Positions 44,500 through 45,290 of a stretch of DNA of 45,290 nucleotides are shown piece by piece. This DNA is from Chiloscyllium plagiosum. Its lineage: Eukaryota. The stretch spans positions 5,494,387 through 5,539,676 of the forward strand of contig NC_057720.1 in NCBI RefSeq assembly GCF_004010195.1. Reading direction: 5' to 3'. Under the pieces are notes generated by a model. That model saw nothing but the letters and a program-made list of their open reading frames with translations, was not told the origin of the DNA and searched no databases. Position numbers and translations under genes: made by a program. Within the stretch, counting starts at the first letter, position 1; every line of letters starts with the position of its first letter.

Positions 44500-44965
44500 G
44501 ATCTGGAGTGGACTGCCTAAGACTATAGTGAAGGCCTGGTTTTCGGATAAGACTTGGGGAAAGGGCAGGAGAGTGTGACAAACTGAGCAACTCTTGCAGA
44601 GAATTAGTATTGATAGAGTGGACCAAATGGCCTATTTTTGTGATCTAGACATGAAATGACTCTGTGATGTATTGTGAATGTGAAAATAATGGGTTTGAAA
44701 CAATAGCCTCCCCTTCAATTTGGACCTCAACATATCCAATGGTTTTTATCAAAATGTTTGTGATGCAGTGAGTGTTTAAGAATCATGGGCAAAATAGAAA
44801 CATGGAAAAAAGAGGAACAGGAGGAGGCCATTCAGCCCTTCAAGCCTGCTCCACCATTCAATATGATCACGGCTGATCATCCAACTCAGTCCCTGTTCCC
44901 ACTGTGATCCCTTTAGTTCTAAGAACTATATCTAACTCCTTCTTGCAAACAGTCAATGTTATAGC
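44500..44965. mobile_element. Two CR1 tail remnants (plus 44500-44670, minus 44795-44965)
   Basis: ggaccaaatggcct tail; gcctgctccaccattcaatatgatcacggctgatc. Confidence 0.7.
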
Positions 44966-45014
44966 CTCAAATAATCCAGTCTGCAACCCTATCTCAGTGA
45001 CTTATCTACTGAAG

Positions 45015-45290
45015 TCTCACGCCTGTCGTTGCAAGGTGTTAGAAAGGATTCTGAGGGATAGGATTTATGACCATCTGGAAGAGCATGGATTGATTAAATA
45101 CAGTCAACACGGCTTTGTGAGGGGCAGGTCATGCCTCACAAACCTTATCGAGTTCTTTGAGGATGTGGCTAGAAAAGTTGATGAGGGTCGAGCTGTAGAT
45201 GTGGTGTATATGGACTTCAGCAAGGCATTTGATAAGTTTCTCCATGGTAGGCTCATTCAGAAGGTCTGGAGGAATGGGATTCAGGGGAAC
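45015..45290 (+). mobile_element. CR1 RT fragment running off the window end
   Basis: LERILRDRIYDHLEEHGLIKYSQHGFVRGRSCLTNLIEFFEDV...DVVYMDFSKAFDK. Confidence 0.92.

Noticed and set aside
1..45290. Listed ORFs as host protein-coding genes
   Set aside because: The recognisable ones are CR1, L2-like, Rex1 or Penelope fragments or their antisense frames; the rest resemble no protein I know. Small exons cannot be excluded without RNA data.

Overview
Vertebrate non-coding DNA (intronic or intergenic) almost entirely tiled by decayed retroelements. The repeat inventory points to an elasmobranch (shark); this is inferred from HE1/V-SINE-type SINEs, abundant CR1 LINEs and Penelope-like elements. I find no intact host gene, and the listed ORFs that I can recognise are TE remnants or their antisense shadows. 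Contents: many CR1 copies, including an old near-complete ORF2 at about 4.9-10.0 kb carrying nested insertions; a second CR1-group (L2/Crack-like) LINE and a tRNA-derived SINE that share a 3' tail; HE1-type V-SINEs; probable DeuSINE relics; one Rex1/Babar LINE; at least two Penelope-like lineages (Neptune-like and Poseidon-like, GIY-YIG); an interstitial (CCCTAA)n tract; a near-perfect 972-bp tandem duplication with a 29-bp minisatellite; and a 169-N gap. The most notable signal is about 18 hammerhead-ribozyme-like motifs (CUGANGA-stemII-GAAA-NUH, many decayed) in four variants with different but pairing stem II sequences. Several sit in tiny 125-215 bp inserts flanked by target-site duplications (TSDs), some of them fold-back, suggesting non-autonomous ribozyme-bearing Penelope derivatives. 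Element boundaries are by eye (roughly +/-20 bp) unless a TSD is quoted.
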